Shown: positions 49,064-62,029 of the stretch, in pieces
Layout of the letters: each line of letters begins with the position of its first letter
How positions within the stretch are numbered: the first letter of the stretch is position 1
Source of the DNA: Felis catus
Taxonomy: Eukaryota
Direction: 5' to 3'
DNA: 64,000 nucleotides
NCBI RefSeq assembly: GCF_018350175.1
Contig: NC_058368.1
Location: 172,920,001 to 172,984,000, forward strand
Made by a program: the position numbers and the translations under genes
Notes under the pieces: generated by a model
Database searches by the model: none
What the model was told of the DNA's origin: nothing
Seen by the model: the letters and a program-made list of their open reading frames with translations, nothing else

Positions 49064-49236
49064 CTTATGCCTATATCCTTTTTCTTTCTGCTTTCCTCTT
49101 CTCCTAAGAACAGGTAGCTCTTCAAATTGATGTCTGCCTTCAAACATGACGATTGCTTTTCCAGCCACCCAGGCTCTCTCTGAAGGGTCCCCAAAAGCCT
49201 CCACGTAGTACTGTCGATAGGGCCTCCGGTTTGAAA
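49064..49236 (-). CDS. NSD1: NSD1 exon 4 (173 nt), PWWP1
   Basis: Acceptor CTAG|TTTCA, donor AAG|GTAAAA. Encodes (V)SNRRPYRQYYVEAFGDPSERAWVAGKAIVMFEGRHQFEELPVLRRRGKQKEKGYRHK. Confidence 0.96.
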
Positions 49237-50216
49237 CTAGATAAAGATAAGAACCAGTGTCATTACTTTAAAAAGATGACTGTTCATCATCAAGAGAAGT
49301 GCCATGCAATTATTGCCAAAGAAATCTCTATTTTAAAAAAAGAAGAAGAAAAAGTGTTAGAAAACCTATAGAACAATCAACTCTAAGATAGGTCAGGAAG
49401 AAGGAAAATTTTAAATATTTCAATTCATGTGGCAAGAAAATGCCCAAGAGTTTCTAAAAGAACTTCAATAGTTTGGTCAGCTGATATACTATGTATTCCA
49501 AACCTGTGAGAGATCGATTAGTTGTTAATCATAGAACAAATTAATATAGGAACCAAGTTCCCACTACCAACAATCTATAGAAGTCTTATACCCTTGTTAC
49601 CAGAAAATACAAAGGGCATTTAATAAGACTCAACACCAGAAATAAAATAATTAGTAAGAACTAACCACCAAACAAACTTTAAAACACTTTGCTAAAATAT
49701 AATGGAGGGGAAAAAAAAAATTCTTCAACACTATGCCACATATGATATGCTAACATTTATGGAATGGGTACTCTTGACCAGGCACTCATTTACACTAGGT
49801 ACTTTGCACAGAGTCTTAGGCCTCACAACAACCAACTCTAAGAAATAAGTAGTACAATCCCCATTTTATAGACACAGAAAGTAAATAACTTCAGAGAAGA
49901 CAAATTCAGAGTGAAACACTGGCTTTACAGAGAAAGCAGAACTTGATACTTCAAAATACTGAAATTAAAAAAAAAAAAAAGCCCAAGAGCAATAAAAATA
50001 AAAATATATCCAGTTATTCTAGTTTCTAGTTTATTCTAGTTTCTTAGTTGTCCAAAATTCTAAGCATACAATTAACAACAACAACAAAAATACAGATCTT
50101 GTTCAGAAAAGATTATAAGCAAATTTACCTAGTATATGTATCTTCCATCCATACTTAGCATTTTGGCATTTTTCATAGCAGTAAAAAATCTCACAAAAGA
50201 AATATACCAAGATTAT

Positions 50217-50434
50217 GGGGCGTCTGGGTGGCGCAGTCGGTTAAGCGTCCGACTTCAGCCAGGTCATGATCTCGCGGTCCGTGAGTTCGAGCCCCGCGTC
50301 AGGCTCTGGGCTGATGGCTCAGAGCCTGGAGCCTGTTTCGGATTCTGTGTCTCCCTCTCTCTCTGCCCCTCCCCCGTTCATGCTCTGTCTCTCTCTGTCC
50401 CAAAAATAAATAAACGTTAAAAAAAAAAAAAAAA
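50217..50434 (+). mobile_element. Young SINEC_Fc
   Basis: CpG-rich, long A tail, TSD AAAAGAAATATACCARGAYTAT. Confidence 0.94.
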
Positions 50435-50612
50435 AAAAGAAATATACCAGGACTATACAAGGTCTCTTTTTAGAAAAGGAAATCATCTAATATACAAATT
50501 CATTTATACAGGAACTCACAACTAATTCCCTTAACCATTTTTTGAAACACAAAAAATACAAACCTCTCTTTCAATAAAAAATAAGGAAAAGCCTACTTCC
50601 TTCAGAATAGAG

Positions 50613-50782
50613 AAGGAAGGAAGGAAGGAAGGAAGGAAGGAAGGAAGGAAGGAAGGAAGGAAGGAAGGAAGGAAGGAAGGAAGGAAAAAGAACAAACAGA
50701 GGGAGAAGGAGCGAGAAGAGAAGAAGAAAGGAAAAACAAAAAGAATAAAAGGAAAAAGGAAAGAAGAAAGAAAGGGAGAGGA
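50613..50782 (+). repeat. (AAGG)n microsatellite plus purine-rich extension
   Basis: About 18 perfect AAGG units, then A/G-rich low complexity. Confidence 0.93.
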
Positions 50783-51123
50783 AATTTATAAACTGAACTT
50801 TAGAACAAAACTAAGGTCTCCATAGTAACTGGAAGAGCCAAAATGTCAAGTAAATTTCAATGGCAACTTTTTTATAAATGCTAATTTCAAAGCTACATAA
50901 CCAAAGAATGAAGAGTACCTATGAGCTCTCATAAACTTTAGTTGCAATGCCTGAGTTTCTATAAAAATATAGCTTAATAAAAAAATTACATGGTCAAATT
51001 TTGTTTTTTAGTCCATTTCAAAAACAATTCTATGAAAAAGGTTTAGCTCCTTATAGTCTCTACCTACTTAAATCCTTTGAATAGAAACCACCTATAAAGG
51101 GGGATTAAAATTGGTAAGATATA

Positions 51124-51828
51124 GGGGTGCCTGGGTGGCTCAGCTGGTTAAGCTCAGCCCCACATTCATGAGTTCATGGGTTCGAGCCCCACATCGGGCT
51201 CTGTGCTGACAGCTCAGAGCCTGGGGCCTGCTTCAGATTGTTTCCCCCTCTCTGCCCCTCCCCCACTTGTGCTCTCTCACGCGCTCTCTCTCTCTCCCTC
51301 TCCCTCTCTAAAACAACATTTTTAAAAACCTGGTAAGAGGGGCACCTGGGTGGCTTAGTCGGTTGAACGTCCGACTTTGGCTCAGGTTAAGATCTCGTTG
51401 TCTGTGAGTTCAAGCCCTGCTTGGGGCTCTGCTGGCAGCTCAGAGCCTAGAGCCTGGAGCCTGCTTTGGATTCTGTCTCTCTCTCTGCCCTTTCCCCACT
51501 CGTGCTCACTTGCGCGCTCTCTCTCAAAAATAAATAAACATTTTTAAAAATAACGTAAAATAACATAAAATAAAAAAATAAAATAAAAAACTGGTAAGAT
51601 ACTAGGTGCCTGGGTGGCTCAGTCGGTTAAGCATCTGACTTTGGCTCAGGTCACAACCTCGCAGTTAATGAGTTGGAGACCTGCAATGGGCTCTGTGCTG
51701 ACAGCTCAGAGCCTGGAGCCTGCTTCGGATTCTGTGTCTCCCTCTCTCTCTGCTCCTCCCCTGCTCATGCTCTGTGTGTCTCTCTCTCTCTTTCAAAAAT
51801 AAATAAATATTAAAAAATATTTTTAAAA
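51124..51828 (+). mobile_element. Three tandem Can-SINEs
   Basis: Heads at about 51124, 51339 and 51605, each flanked by a TGGTAAGA-containing target copy. Confidence 0.92.
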
Positions 51829-52065
51829 ATTGGTAAGACATATATGTACCTATATATAAGTTCAGAAAGTCAATTGAGAAGTAAATAATTCTCCCATATA
51901 AACAAGTAAATTCAAACAACACATTATAATGTGCCAGAACTGTAAAGAGGACAAAAAAAGAAAACTCAGGGCCTGGTGGGTTAAGAGATATACAAACAGA
52001 TTATGGTAAAAGAACATGAGAATTGCAATACCATAAACATTCACTTTTTAAAAAAGCAGAGATCA

Positions 52066-52170
52066 GGGGCCCCTGAGTGGCTCAGTTGACCATTTGACTT
52101 CGGCTCAAATCATGATCTCGTGGTCTGTGAGTTCAAGCCCCATGTCGGGCTCTGTGATGACAGCTGGGAT

Positions 52171-52207
<37 letters not shown>

Positions 52208-52470
52208 GCTCCTCCCCCACTCACGCTCTCTCTCTCAAAAATGAATAAACATTTTAAAAAAAGAAAAAGTAGAGATCATCGGGCACCTGAGTGGCTCAGT
52301 CAGTTAAGCATCGGCTCTTGGTTTTGGCTCAGGTCATGATCTCACAGTTCATGGGATGGAGCCCCACATTAAACTCTATGCTGACAGTGCTTAGCCTGCT
52401 TAAGATTCTCTCTCTCCCCCTCTGTCTCTGCCCCTCCCCCACTCTCTCCTTCAAAATAAATAAACACTAA
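52066..52470 (+). mobile_element. Two tandem Can-SINEs
   Basis: Heads at about 52066 and 52281. AAAAAGYAGAGATCA precedes both. Confidence 0.88.
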
Positions 52471-52474
52471 AAGA

Positions 52475-52603
52475 GAGAGAAAATCCATAAGGAAGACAAA
52501 ATAAATTTACAGTACTATAGTATATTTACTGAAAAACATCTGTGTGTAAAAGATTACATAAGGACCCAAACATTTCAAATCTCTGTTGTTCAAGGGTCAA
52601 CAG
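52475..52603 (+). mobile_element. Tigger2-like transposon end fragment
   Basis: Ends in TGTTGTTCAAGGGTCAACAG, resembling the recalled Tigger2 TIR (TGTTGTTCAAGGGTCAACTG). Confidence 0.65.
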
Positions 52604-52745
52604 CCTAAGGCTCTAGGTGAGGTTTCCAAAAGATGACGAAAATGACAACCAATGTATCAGATCACGTGGAAAAAATTAAAACTAGGAGAGTTTTACTATG
52701 AATTCATAATAAATATATAAAAGACTAAGAACCCTCTCCATCACC

Positions 52746-52747
<2 letters not shown>

Positions 52748-52787
<40 letters not shown>
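52748..52787. repeat. (CA)n microsatellite
   Basis: About 20 CA units. Confidence 0.95.
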
Positions 52788-52789
<2 letters not shown>

Positions 52790-53207
52790 ACTGCAGAAAA
52801 ATCAAAAGGTTGTGAGGGCAAAGTAAGCACAGGACATTACATGGCTAAGCTGTGTATACTGTTAACATGATAACACTAAATTCCTAACCAAAATTATAAC
52901 AGGTAAGATAGCAGGATGCTGGAGGTTGGTGAGAGGTTAAGGCCCAAAGCAAGGATTAAAATGATTAATCCACAACTTCTATAGTGAGAAGTAAAAAGTA
53001 ATCCAGAAGGAACTTTGAGATACAGAAATTAACTTTCAAAAGATCCAGCTGACAGTTAAAGCTTAAAGAGAGGGTATAGAAAGAGCAGACTGTTTTCTAA
53101 ACAAGGTTTACAAAATTAACCACTTGACTTTTTTAATCATATGCACTGTATATAACATAAGTAAACAATGACTTCTAAAAGTGATTTTATAAAAATTTGG
53201 GTTTTCT

Positions 53208-56200
53208 GGGGCACCTGGGTGACTTAGTCGGTTAAGCGACCAACTCCAGATTTCAGCTTACGTCATGATCTCATGGGTTCATGAGTTGAGCCCTGTGTCA
53301 GGCTCTAAGCTGACAGTGCAGAGCCTGCATAGGATTTTGTTTCTCCATCTCTCTGCCCCTCTCCTGCTCATTCTCTCTCTCACTCGCTCTCTCCCTCAAA
53401 ATAAATAAAAAAGCTTTAAAAAAAATGTGGGTTTTTCTAATACCATTTGAAACATTTGGCTTTGCTAAGAAAACAATAAACATGAATGAGCACAATAATA
53501 TGAACACTGAAGTACAATTTTTAATTTTTCACTGGTATCAACTAAAAAGTGATACAAAGTAGTAATTGTTGAGCCCAAGTAAAGTGTATATGGGTGTTCA
53601 TTGCGCTATTCTTCAATTTTTTATAGGTTTGAAATATTCAAAATAAAAGGTAGGAAGGAGAAATTATACCACTACAAAACAGTCAGACATTAATACTGGT
53701 CATAGTTTCAGTGTGGTGGGAAACAGGTAACTTTGACAGCAGTCTATCCAAAATGTCCTATTACTAGGCAGCGTCAATGGCAAGACAGGTGATTCCACCA
53801 GTTGATGTGTTATGAAGGAGACAAGCAAAAAATAAAAAATAAAAAAAAGATCATGTTCAAAGAAAAATGGAGCGTTAACTACTAAGAGTAATAATTAGGA
53901 TTCCAGAACTTGGCTGACTACAGCTGGCCATAAATATAGGGAAATGAAAACAAAAGTAAAAATTACCAAAAAAAAACAAAGGGGGGGGGGGGGGGGGAGA
54001 CGTATCATGAGATAACTAGCTGTAAGGTTAAATAGATCCATTTTAACATGTTTTGTCATTTTGTCAATAGGAAGCTGTCTTGAATTTAAGAGTTTTAACC
54101 TTTTTATAGTGCAAAAATAAAACATGGTATTTTCCAGTCAGTAATGGCACTTGCTCTCTGGTGTGATCACATTCTTGACTCACGAGAAACAGGCCGGACA
54201 GGAATCCTCAAGTATACTACACCAAACCTCCAGTCACTGCACCCTTGCCCTCCCCTAGTGTTAAGGATGCTACCTCTCCTCCCACCGAGGCCAATTTCTC
54301 ACTGTGATACGACTCCCATCTACCTCTTCCTTTTCCCAAAATCCTGTTATGATCCTGTCTTTGATCCCTTACAACTCCTGTCAATACCCTCTATCTCCAG
54401 GACTCTTCTCATCAGCACTACTAACATGATCATCCCCACTTTTAGCAATTCTTCTGGACCCCATATATCTTTCTACCTGTCGCATCTCCACTTCTCTACC
54501 TTTGTCTCCATTTCCAGTCTTATCTAACTTCAAAAACATCACTGATCTCCAACCCCCTTACACCTAATGGACATTTTATTTGCTCTCCAGGCAAAGTTCA
54601 ACCAAATCAATCACATCTTCCTTTGTAAAACATACTAGTCACCAGTACCACATACCAAATAATCCTGGATTTCCGCTTCCATCTCTGATTTTTCCTCCAT
54701 CTCTCTTCCAAGCTTAGTAGCTACATACAAGCCTCAAATAATGGCTTCCGCAAAGCCACCCTATTTTTCACTGTACATTTTGTCACAAGCCATCTCATCC
54801 ATGCCTTGTTCATGGCTTCAGTTAACAACAACAAGCAGATGTCACCTTATGGATGTTTCAGTGTTCTCACTAAATGGCACCACTACTGATGTACTGGTGA
54901 AGATAAAATCTTGGGAGCCATCCAAAGATACAGAAACCTCAAGACTTTATTCTCCCTCACTCCTCATTACCCATCCATTACCAAATCATATAGATTTATC
55001 TCCTAAGTTGTTCTTTATTCTCTATTCACCATATTCGCCTCACCATAATTACTGCAATGACCCTTTTAGCAATTTGCTCTTACTTATTTATAACCTCTTC
55101 CAATCCATTTTCTATACTGCAGTCAGAGAAAAGTTTACAAAACACGTATCAAATCACATCATCTTCTGCTCATAGCCCTTTAATGGCATCACACTGTTCT
55201 AAGAATAAAGTACAGGAATGCATGAGTGGCTTAGTCGGTTGAGCATCCGACTTCAGCTCGGGTCATGATCTCCCAGTTCGTGAGTTTGAGCCCCGCGTCA
55301 GGCTCTGTGCTGACAACTTGGAGCCTGGAGCCTGCTTCAGATGCTGTATCTCCCTCTCTCTGCCCCTTCCCCAATTACACTCTGTCTCTTTCTCTCTCAA
55401 AACTGAATAAACATTAAAAAAAAATTAAGAATAAAGTTTAAAATTTTAAGTCCAAAAGATGCTACATGATTTGACTCATATCAACTTTCCCAGCTTCATA
55501 CTGTGCCACCTTCCATCACTCTATGGGTGGAAGACCACTCAAAGCCAGAGTACACCATTATTTTCTGTGCCTGGAACAATCATCTCCTTCCTTTCCTACT
55601 TAATGCCAACTCATCCTCTCAAGTCTCAGATCAAAGACAACTTTACTAACATAACTGCCTCTGAATATCCTGCACCACAAGTCCAAATTAGGTACCTCTG
55701 CTATATCACTAATTGTACACCAGTTTGGACACACTTCTCAGTTAAGTAATTATTTGCCTGATTATTTGTTGTTATCTTATCTCTTTAACTAGACTCTAAT
55801 TATATAAAAGGGCAAGCAGGACTGATGTTTTGCCCATTAATGGATCACAATACCTAGCACACTAACTGTACAATATAGCTAGAAATTGTTGAATAAATGG
55901 CATGGACCCAATTAGGGTGCATAGAATAATACAACAAGTAAGAACAGAGGGGGAGGAATAAAATAATTTTCTACTAGTAGTACTTAAATGTCCAAACAAG
56001 CCACAAAGAATAAGATATTTAAAAAACAGTGAGCTGGGCTGCCTGGGGGGCTCAATTGGTTAAAGATCCAACTCTTGATTTCAGCTGGGGTCATGATCTC
56101 GCAGTTCACGAGTTTGAGCCCATGTCAGGCTGTGCGCTGACAGTGTAGAGCCTGCTTGGGATTCTTTGTTTCTCTCTGCCCCTCTCCTGCTCTCTCTCTC

Positions 56201-57387
56201 TCAAAATAAATACTTTTAAAAATTCAGATGAATAAAACAAAAAACAGTAGGTCTTTAGACTTCAGATTTAGACTTTAGATTTACAGATGAATAAAACAAA
56301 AAACCTATAAAGGTCCTTAGGTATACCTCAATATTCAAAATATAAAATCAAATCCTGCAATTAATCCCACTTTTGGTAAATCATCCTACAGACAGACATG
56401 CATATGTGGAAGTTATTCTTTACACTGTTGTGTGTGCAGAGACACATTTATGTTATGTACATATGTATGTAAATATGCATGTATAGGCTTTACAACACAA
56501 GATCAGAAACAACCTAAACGTCCATCAACAGGAAAATGGTTATATAAAGTACAGCATATTCAAAAAGTGAAAAACTATGCAGCTGTTAAAAAAAGAGAGA
56601 GAGAAACTAGGGCGCCTGGGTGGCTCAGTTAGTTAAGTGTCCAACTTTGGCTCATGTCATGATCTCACAGTTCATGCGATCTCATGGTTCATGAGTTTGA
56701 GCCCTGCATTGAGCTCTGTGCTGACAGCTCAGTGTCTGGAGCCTGTTTTTAGATTCTGTATCTCCCTTTCTCTGCCCCTCCCCAGCTAGCGCTAGCTCTC
56801 GCACGCACGCTCGCTCGCTCTCTCTCTCAAAAATAAACATTTAAAAAATTAAAAAATTAAAAAAGACAGTCTTCAATGCACTAACATGGAAAACCTCTAA
56901 CAAAGCAAAAAAAGTAAGCTGTAGAACATGAACAACAACAACAAAAAAAAGTGCTACATTTGTGTTAGAATAAAGATGAGAATATATACTTGGATTTATA
57001 GAAAGAAACATTAAAAACTGGTTACTCTTTTTCAAACAGCAGATCAGAGAAAAGGAGGGAGTTGATTTTTTTAAATATTGTGAATATATGACCTATGCAA
57101 AAACTAAAATACACATATATTAAAATTAAAATTAAATCACAGAACATCTTAATAGAAAAAAGGCAGCTTAAGATCAAGTTTTGGCCCCCACCTTACATTA
57201 TTTTAAAGATACTGATATTTATGGGGCGCCTGGGTGGCTCAGTCGGTTAAGGATCTGACTTCATCTCACGGCTCATGATTTTGAGGTGCCACACTGGGCT
57301 CTGTGCTGAAAGCTCAGAGCCTGGAGCCTGCTTCAGATTCTGTGTCCCCTCTCTCTCAAGAATAAACATTAAAAAAAAAAAAAAAAG
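53208..57387 (+). mobile_element. Repeat-rich interval: Can-SINEs at about 53208, 55215, 56036, 56610 and 57223, plus L2 remnants at about 54200-55900
   Basis: SINE heads and tails visible. The C/T-rich L2-like tract ends in CAATACCTAGCAC...AATTGTTGAATAAATG. Confidence 0.7.
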
Positions 57388-57790
57388 GTATCTGATATTC
57401 AAACAAGGCGAATAAGAAAGCACAGTAATTAAAGGGAATACTCTAAATCAAGATTTTAAAATTCAAAATAATTCATAAGCCTTCATTATAATTGTTTCAG
57501 CTTGAAAACTTAACAGCAAAGATACAAACCTAAAGACTGAGGTAGATTCTCAAAGTGACAATGTGGAACTTTAGGTAATAAACCTAACATTTTCCTGGCA
57601 TCTATAAATGGGATAACTGAATTTTTAAATCATAAACTAAAACTTTTAAAAAATTCAAAAAGGTAAAATATATTAATAACAATTCATCCACAAAATACTC
57701 AAAGGTAAAAATGGGAGTATTACTAAAGATAGCTACAAATTTTTTATTCCATACTGTATTTTATAACATATAATCAACTACTAGTATTAC

Positions 57791-57926
57791 CTTTCATTTT
57801 TGAATGTGTGTTAATCAACGGATCAGAACAAATCCTGCAGGGCCACCATGGGCGTCTCTTGAATTTTGCCCAGATGAGATCTCCAACTTCATACTTCAAT
57901 GGCGTAGACTTTTTCTTGGGTTGACA
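57791..57926 (-). CDS. NSD1: NSD1 exon 3 (136 nt), N-terminal part of PWWP1
   Basis: Acceptor GTCTAAAG|TGT, donor AAG|GTAATA. Encodes CQPKKKSTPLKYEVGDLIWAKFKRRPWWPCRICSDPLINTHSKMK. Confidence 0.96.
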
Positions 57927-59134
57927 CTTTAGACAGACAAAACATGGGTCATCAGTAAGAATCAAAACCTTTGAAATGGTGTACTATTTTACTATTAGCC
58001 TTCTGAGAAAGCAATGCACAGAATTCTAGATGAAAACGCCCAGCTTAACAGCAATTACAAAGAACTAAATTGTCTTAATTGTTCATAACACAGCCCTTTA
58101 TACAGCTCTTAACTTATATTTATTTTATGTAAATAATCTACCTACATTCATAAAGAAAAAAAGTAATTATTTTGAACTATAAAAACCTAAAAACTGAAAA
58201 AAGACACAGAATCATTCCTAGAAGATGTTTTTGCCCTAGTCTTTGCATCACAACATGGCTAGGTGAGAGCGGGAAGATTATAAAAAGAATTTAGAAATAA
58301 TGTCAAGGGACTATGTTGTCCCAAATACATGTCAATTATATCTCAATAAAATGGGGGGGGGGGGGGCAGGTAGACTATGATCCCTTCTGCAGGTTATATT
58401 TGACATCCTTCTCAAACATACACATTCCTATTAATTACATAACAATAATGGCTCTAATGAAATAATCCTGAATGCTACAGGCTAAGCTCTAGCAGTGCCA
58501 AGGCAACTGACCCAGACTTTGGACCTGCAGAACGGTATACTGCACAACTCCAAGGAACACCCTTCATGTAGAATAAAAAGAATACAAATCAAGCTTCTTG
58601 GACTTGTCTAATGTAGAGACTCTAGCTGCGTCTTTTCTCCAAAAATAATATGCCTAATTTGTCTGCAATCCAACATCCTCCATCTAAGCTCTAAACCCAT
58701 GCCTGTGCCTTTAACACACCATAAGCAGACCTCTTGCTTAAGATGAAGACAGCTTTGTGTTCAGTAGGACTGAGCTTCCCACAACACCAAAGGAGTTGTA
58801 ACTGCACTGAGATATTCCTCGGTAGCCAAAAGAAGCTCCTAGGGTACTTGGATAAAGATCAACCTCTCCCATTTACTTCAAGGAGACATACAAATTTCTG
58901 AAAGTGCCATGTCTTGAAAAAGGTTTGGTGAGCTCCTCCTCCAGACTCAATCTTCCCTCCTTAATGCCTAAAATGAATTAAGGATTCAATAAAGAGTATG
59001 CTAAATGAACTGACTGAAATCATTCAAATAAATTGAGTATTCAAATGAATAATACTCCACCTCAAGGAAATCAAAAGAATTGAGCTCAATCCAATGACTT
59101 GTAAGTTACCAATTCAACTTTAAGACTGTTTTCA

Positions 59135-59300
59135 GGGCTGCCTGGGTGGCTCAGTGGGTTAAGCATCAAACTCTTGATTTTGGCTCAGGTCATGATTTCA
59201 TGGTTCTTGAGTTCAAGCCCTCCATTGGGCTCTGTGCTGGCAGCGCAGAGCCTACTTGGAATTCTCTCCCCCTGTCTCTGTCTCTGAAAATAAATAAACT
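59135..59300 (+). mobile_element. Can-SINE (older)
   Basis: Head GGGCTGCCTGGGTGGCTCAG, AATAAA tail. Confidence 0.85.
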
Positions 59301-60060
59301 TGACAATAATTTGACAGAAGTTAAATCCCATGGAATGCCCTTATTGAAAATACTGTAATTAGTTCTACAAGTATAGACTTACTGGGAAATAAGACAAACT
59401 ACATGTTATGCTTTGAAAGGAAAAAAAAAAGGCCATTTTTGCCTGTTATTAGTTTGTAAGTTATCAGGAAAAAAAGGTTTGAAACTTGGCTTTCAAACTT
59501 TGAAACTTTAAAACCAAGATACGAAGACAGGATGGGAAAACAAATTTTTTGTTTGCCTGTACTAAAAACTACAATTTGAGTAGGTTCCCATATAATTTAT
59601 GATCATTTATTTGGCAATCATTGCTAAATATTATATTGGCTGATTTATTCAAGTCCTAAATCACTTTAAAAATAGTAGCTAACATTTACTTGTTTGCTAT
59701 GTGCTAGACACACATTTTTTAATTCTCTTAAGGTAAATACTGTATTACTACTCTTATTTTACTACATGCCTATGGTCATATGCTATTTAGCAAGTGGCAG
59801 AGCCAGGATTCAAATCTGGGTAGTCCAATGCCACAGCCCAAACTCTCAACCACTGCCTTATCATCCAGTAACAATAAAACCCTATGACTATTATCTGCTT
59901 TATGATAAACTAAGCCATAATCAATCTATGACATGATATTGGTTCAGTCTTCCTCATGTTACTTCAAAAAAGTGATATTATCAGAAGTATAGCCATAAAA
60001 CACATGCCTTCAAATGTCAACCGTATCTCAACAAGCAATTTTTTAAAAAACATTTTTTTA

Positions 60061-60290
60061 GGGGCGCCTGGGTGGCTCAGTTGGTTAAGCACCTGACTTC
60101 AGCCCAGGTCATGATCTCACGGTCTGCAGGTTCAAGCCCCACGTTGGGCTCTGTGCTGATAGCTCAGAGCCTGGAGCCTGCTTTGAAATCTGTGTCTCCC
60201 TTTCTCTCTGCTCCTTCCCTGCTCATGCTCTGTCTCTCTCTCTCTCCCAAAAATAAATTAAAAAAAGAAAAAAAAAGTTAAAAAAAAACA
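60061..60290 (+). mobile_element. Can-SINE
   Basis: Full element with A-rich tail. Confidence 0.92.
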
Positions 60291-61005
60291 ACTGAGGATT
60301 GAAAAGGTTACATCACAACTGTAAAGACCTAAAATTTTAACCTGATTAATTCTAAAGACCATGTTTTTTTTTTTAATACAACACATTTTTTTCCAATTTC
60401 AACTGAATGAATATGGCCAGAACTTGTTTTTAAGTGTTTAAATCAAATCTAAAAACCAACAGGTTCAAAATCTCCATTTCCAGTCTTTCATGGACAGCAA
60501 CATGTCATTTCAACAGTAAAATTTCCTGTAAAACCCTGTCACTGCTATTTTTAAAGCATTTCCTTCAATCACAATCAAGAACTGGCTGTTGAGCCAAAAG
60601 CTATGGTTGAAAGACACTTCAGGTGAGATCTTTAAACACTTTCACTAATAAAATTTCCATGAAGAGGTCCACACCAAACTATATTACATTTCTAAGATAA
60701 AATGTGCTCAGGTGGTCCAGGTATGTGCCTGGATGTATGGGACAGGACTTAAATTGTGCTCCATTTCAATGTTTATTAAATGCTACCACAGCACAGATAA
60801 TCCTTGGATATCAATATCCTTACATGCACATCCAAAACTTAGAGTTGAGTGAACTATTTAAAATCAGCTAACTCATATAACAAGGTCTTTTTTTCTCTTT
60901 TTAAAATTTTATTCTGGTAAGGACATTTAATGGAGATCTAGCCTCTTAACAAATTTTAACTGTACAATACATGGATGTCTACTGGTACAACAAACAATAT
61001 CTTCT

Positions 61006-61223
61006 TTTTTAAAAAAAAATTTTTAACATTTATTTATTTTTGAGACAGAGACAGAGCATGAACAGGGGAGGGTCAGAGAAAGAGGGAGACACCGAATCTG
61101 AAACAGGCTCCAGGCTCTGAGCTGTCAGCACAGAGCCCGACACGGGGCTCAAACCCATGGACCGTGAGATCATGACCTGAGCCGAAGTCAGACACTTAAC
61201 CGACTGAGCCACCCAGGCGCCCC
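61006..61223 (-). mobile_element. Can-SINE
   Basis: Perfect TSD ACAAACAATATCTTCT. Confidence 0.94.
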
Positions 61224-62029
61224 ACAAACAATATCTTCTAAAGCAACTTTTTTAACAGTATACATTGATATAGAACTTAAGATAAGGACCTAGGGGTGCA
61301 ATTACAGAACTTACTGCAACTCAAGGACTCACTTTTTGTTTTAGTTAGTAAAAATATTCTCAACATTTGCTAACAGTCTACTACTGCTTCTATTGATTCC
61401 AGAAAGCAAATATTTGTAATAACTTTATTTAAAATACCCAGTTTTAAAGGCTATAGTAAGAACTACACTGTAAAGAGCTATGTGAATTGTACTTTGGAAT
61501 TTCACCTTTTTCTAACCTACTCAAAAGTGACTCCCTTATTCTTATGATAAAAATAGGTAATGCCTCTATTTTATAAATAGGACACCTAAGGTAAGAGATT
61601 ATATAAAACATTGTTGTTCTTTTAATAATATATTGAGTGAATAAAATAAAAATACAGATTATCTTACATTTGTGTTAACTTATGTGCTTTATAAAGCATT
61701 GATATGATTTCATTATAATTTGATAGTAGCAAAGCTTCTCTGAAAGTCTACATAGCACCAAGCCCACAGTAGGATCTCAGAGACTGTAATCACCTAAAGA
61801 GAAAAAAGAGACTTCTCATCCTACCTGTATCTAACACTTAGCCCAGTACCTGGTAGAGAATAGATACTCAGTAAGTACTGCCTAGCTGATTCCACAAACT
61901 AACATGGTATATACTTTATTACTAAAAAAAATACTTAAGCATGTATTTCCATTTAAAGGAGAGTCCCTAGCAAATCTGCCTTACAAGAAATTATTATAGA
62001 ACTCTTTAGCTGAAATAAAGGACCAACAA

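Noticed and set aside
53981..54200. G17 run and a nearby TGACTCA (AP-1) site as an enhancer
   Set aside because: Single short motifs are expected by chance, with no supporting cluster.
54144..55749. Plus-strand ORFs of 96-144 aa
   Set aside because: They lie in C/T-rich L2 remnants, with no domain resemblance or splice structure.
58331..58366. GTCAATTATATCTCAATAAAATGGGG motif also seen at about 23956-23987
   Set aside because: Best explained as short 3' tips of old L1 elements, not a new dispersed element.
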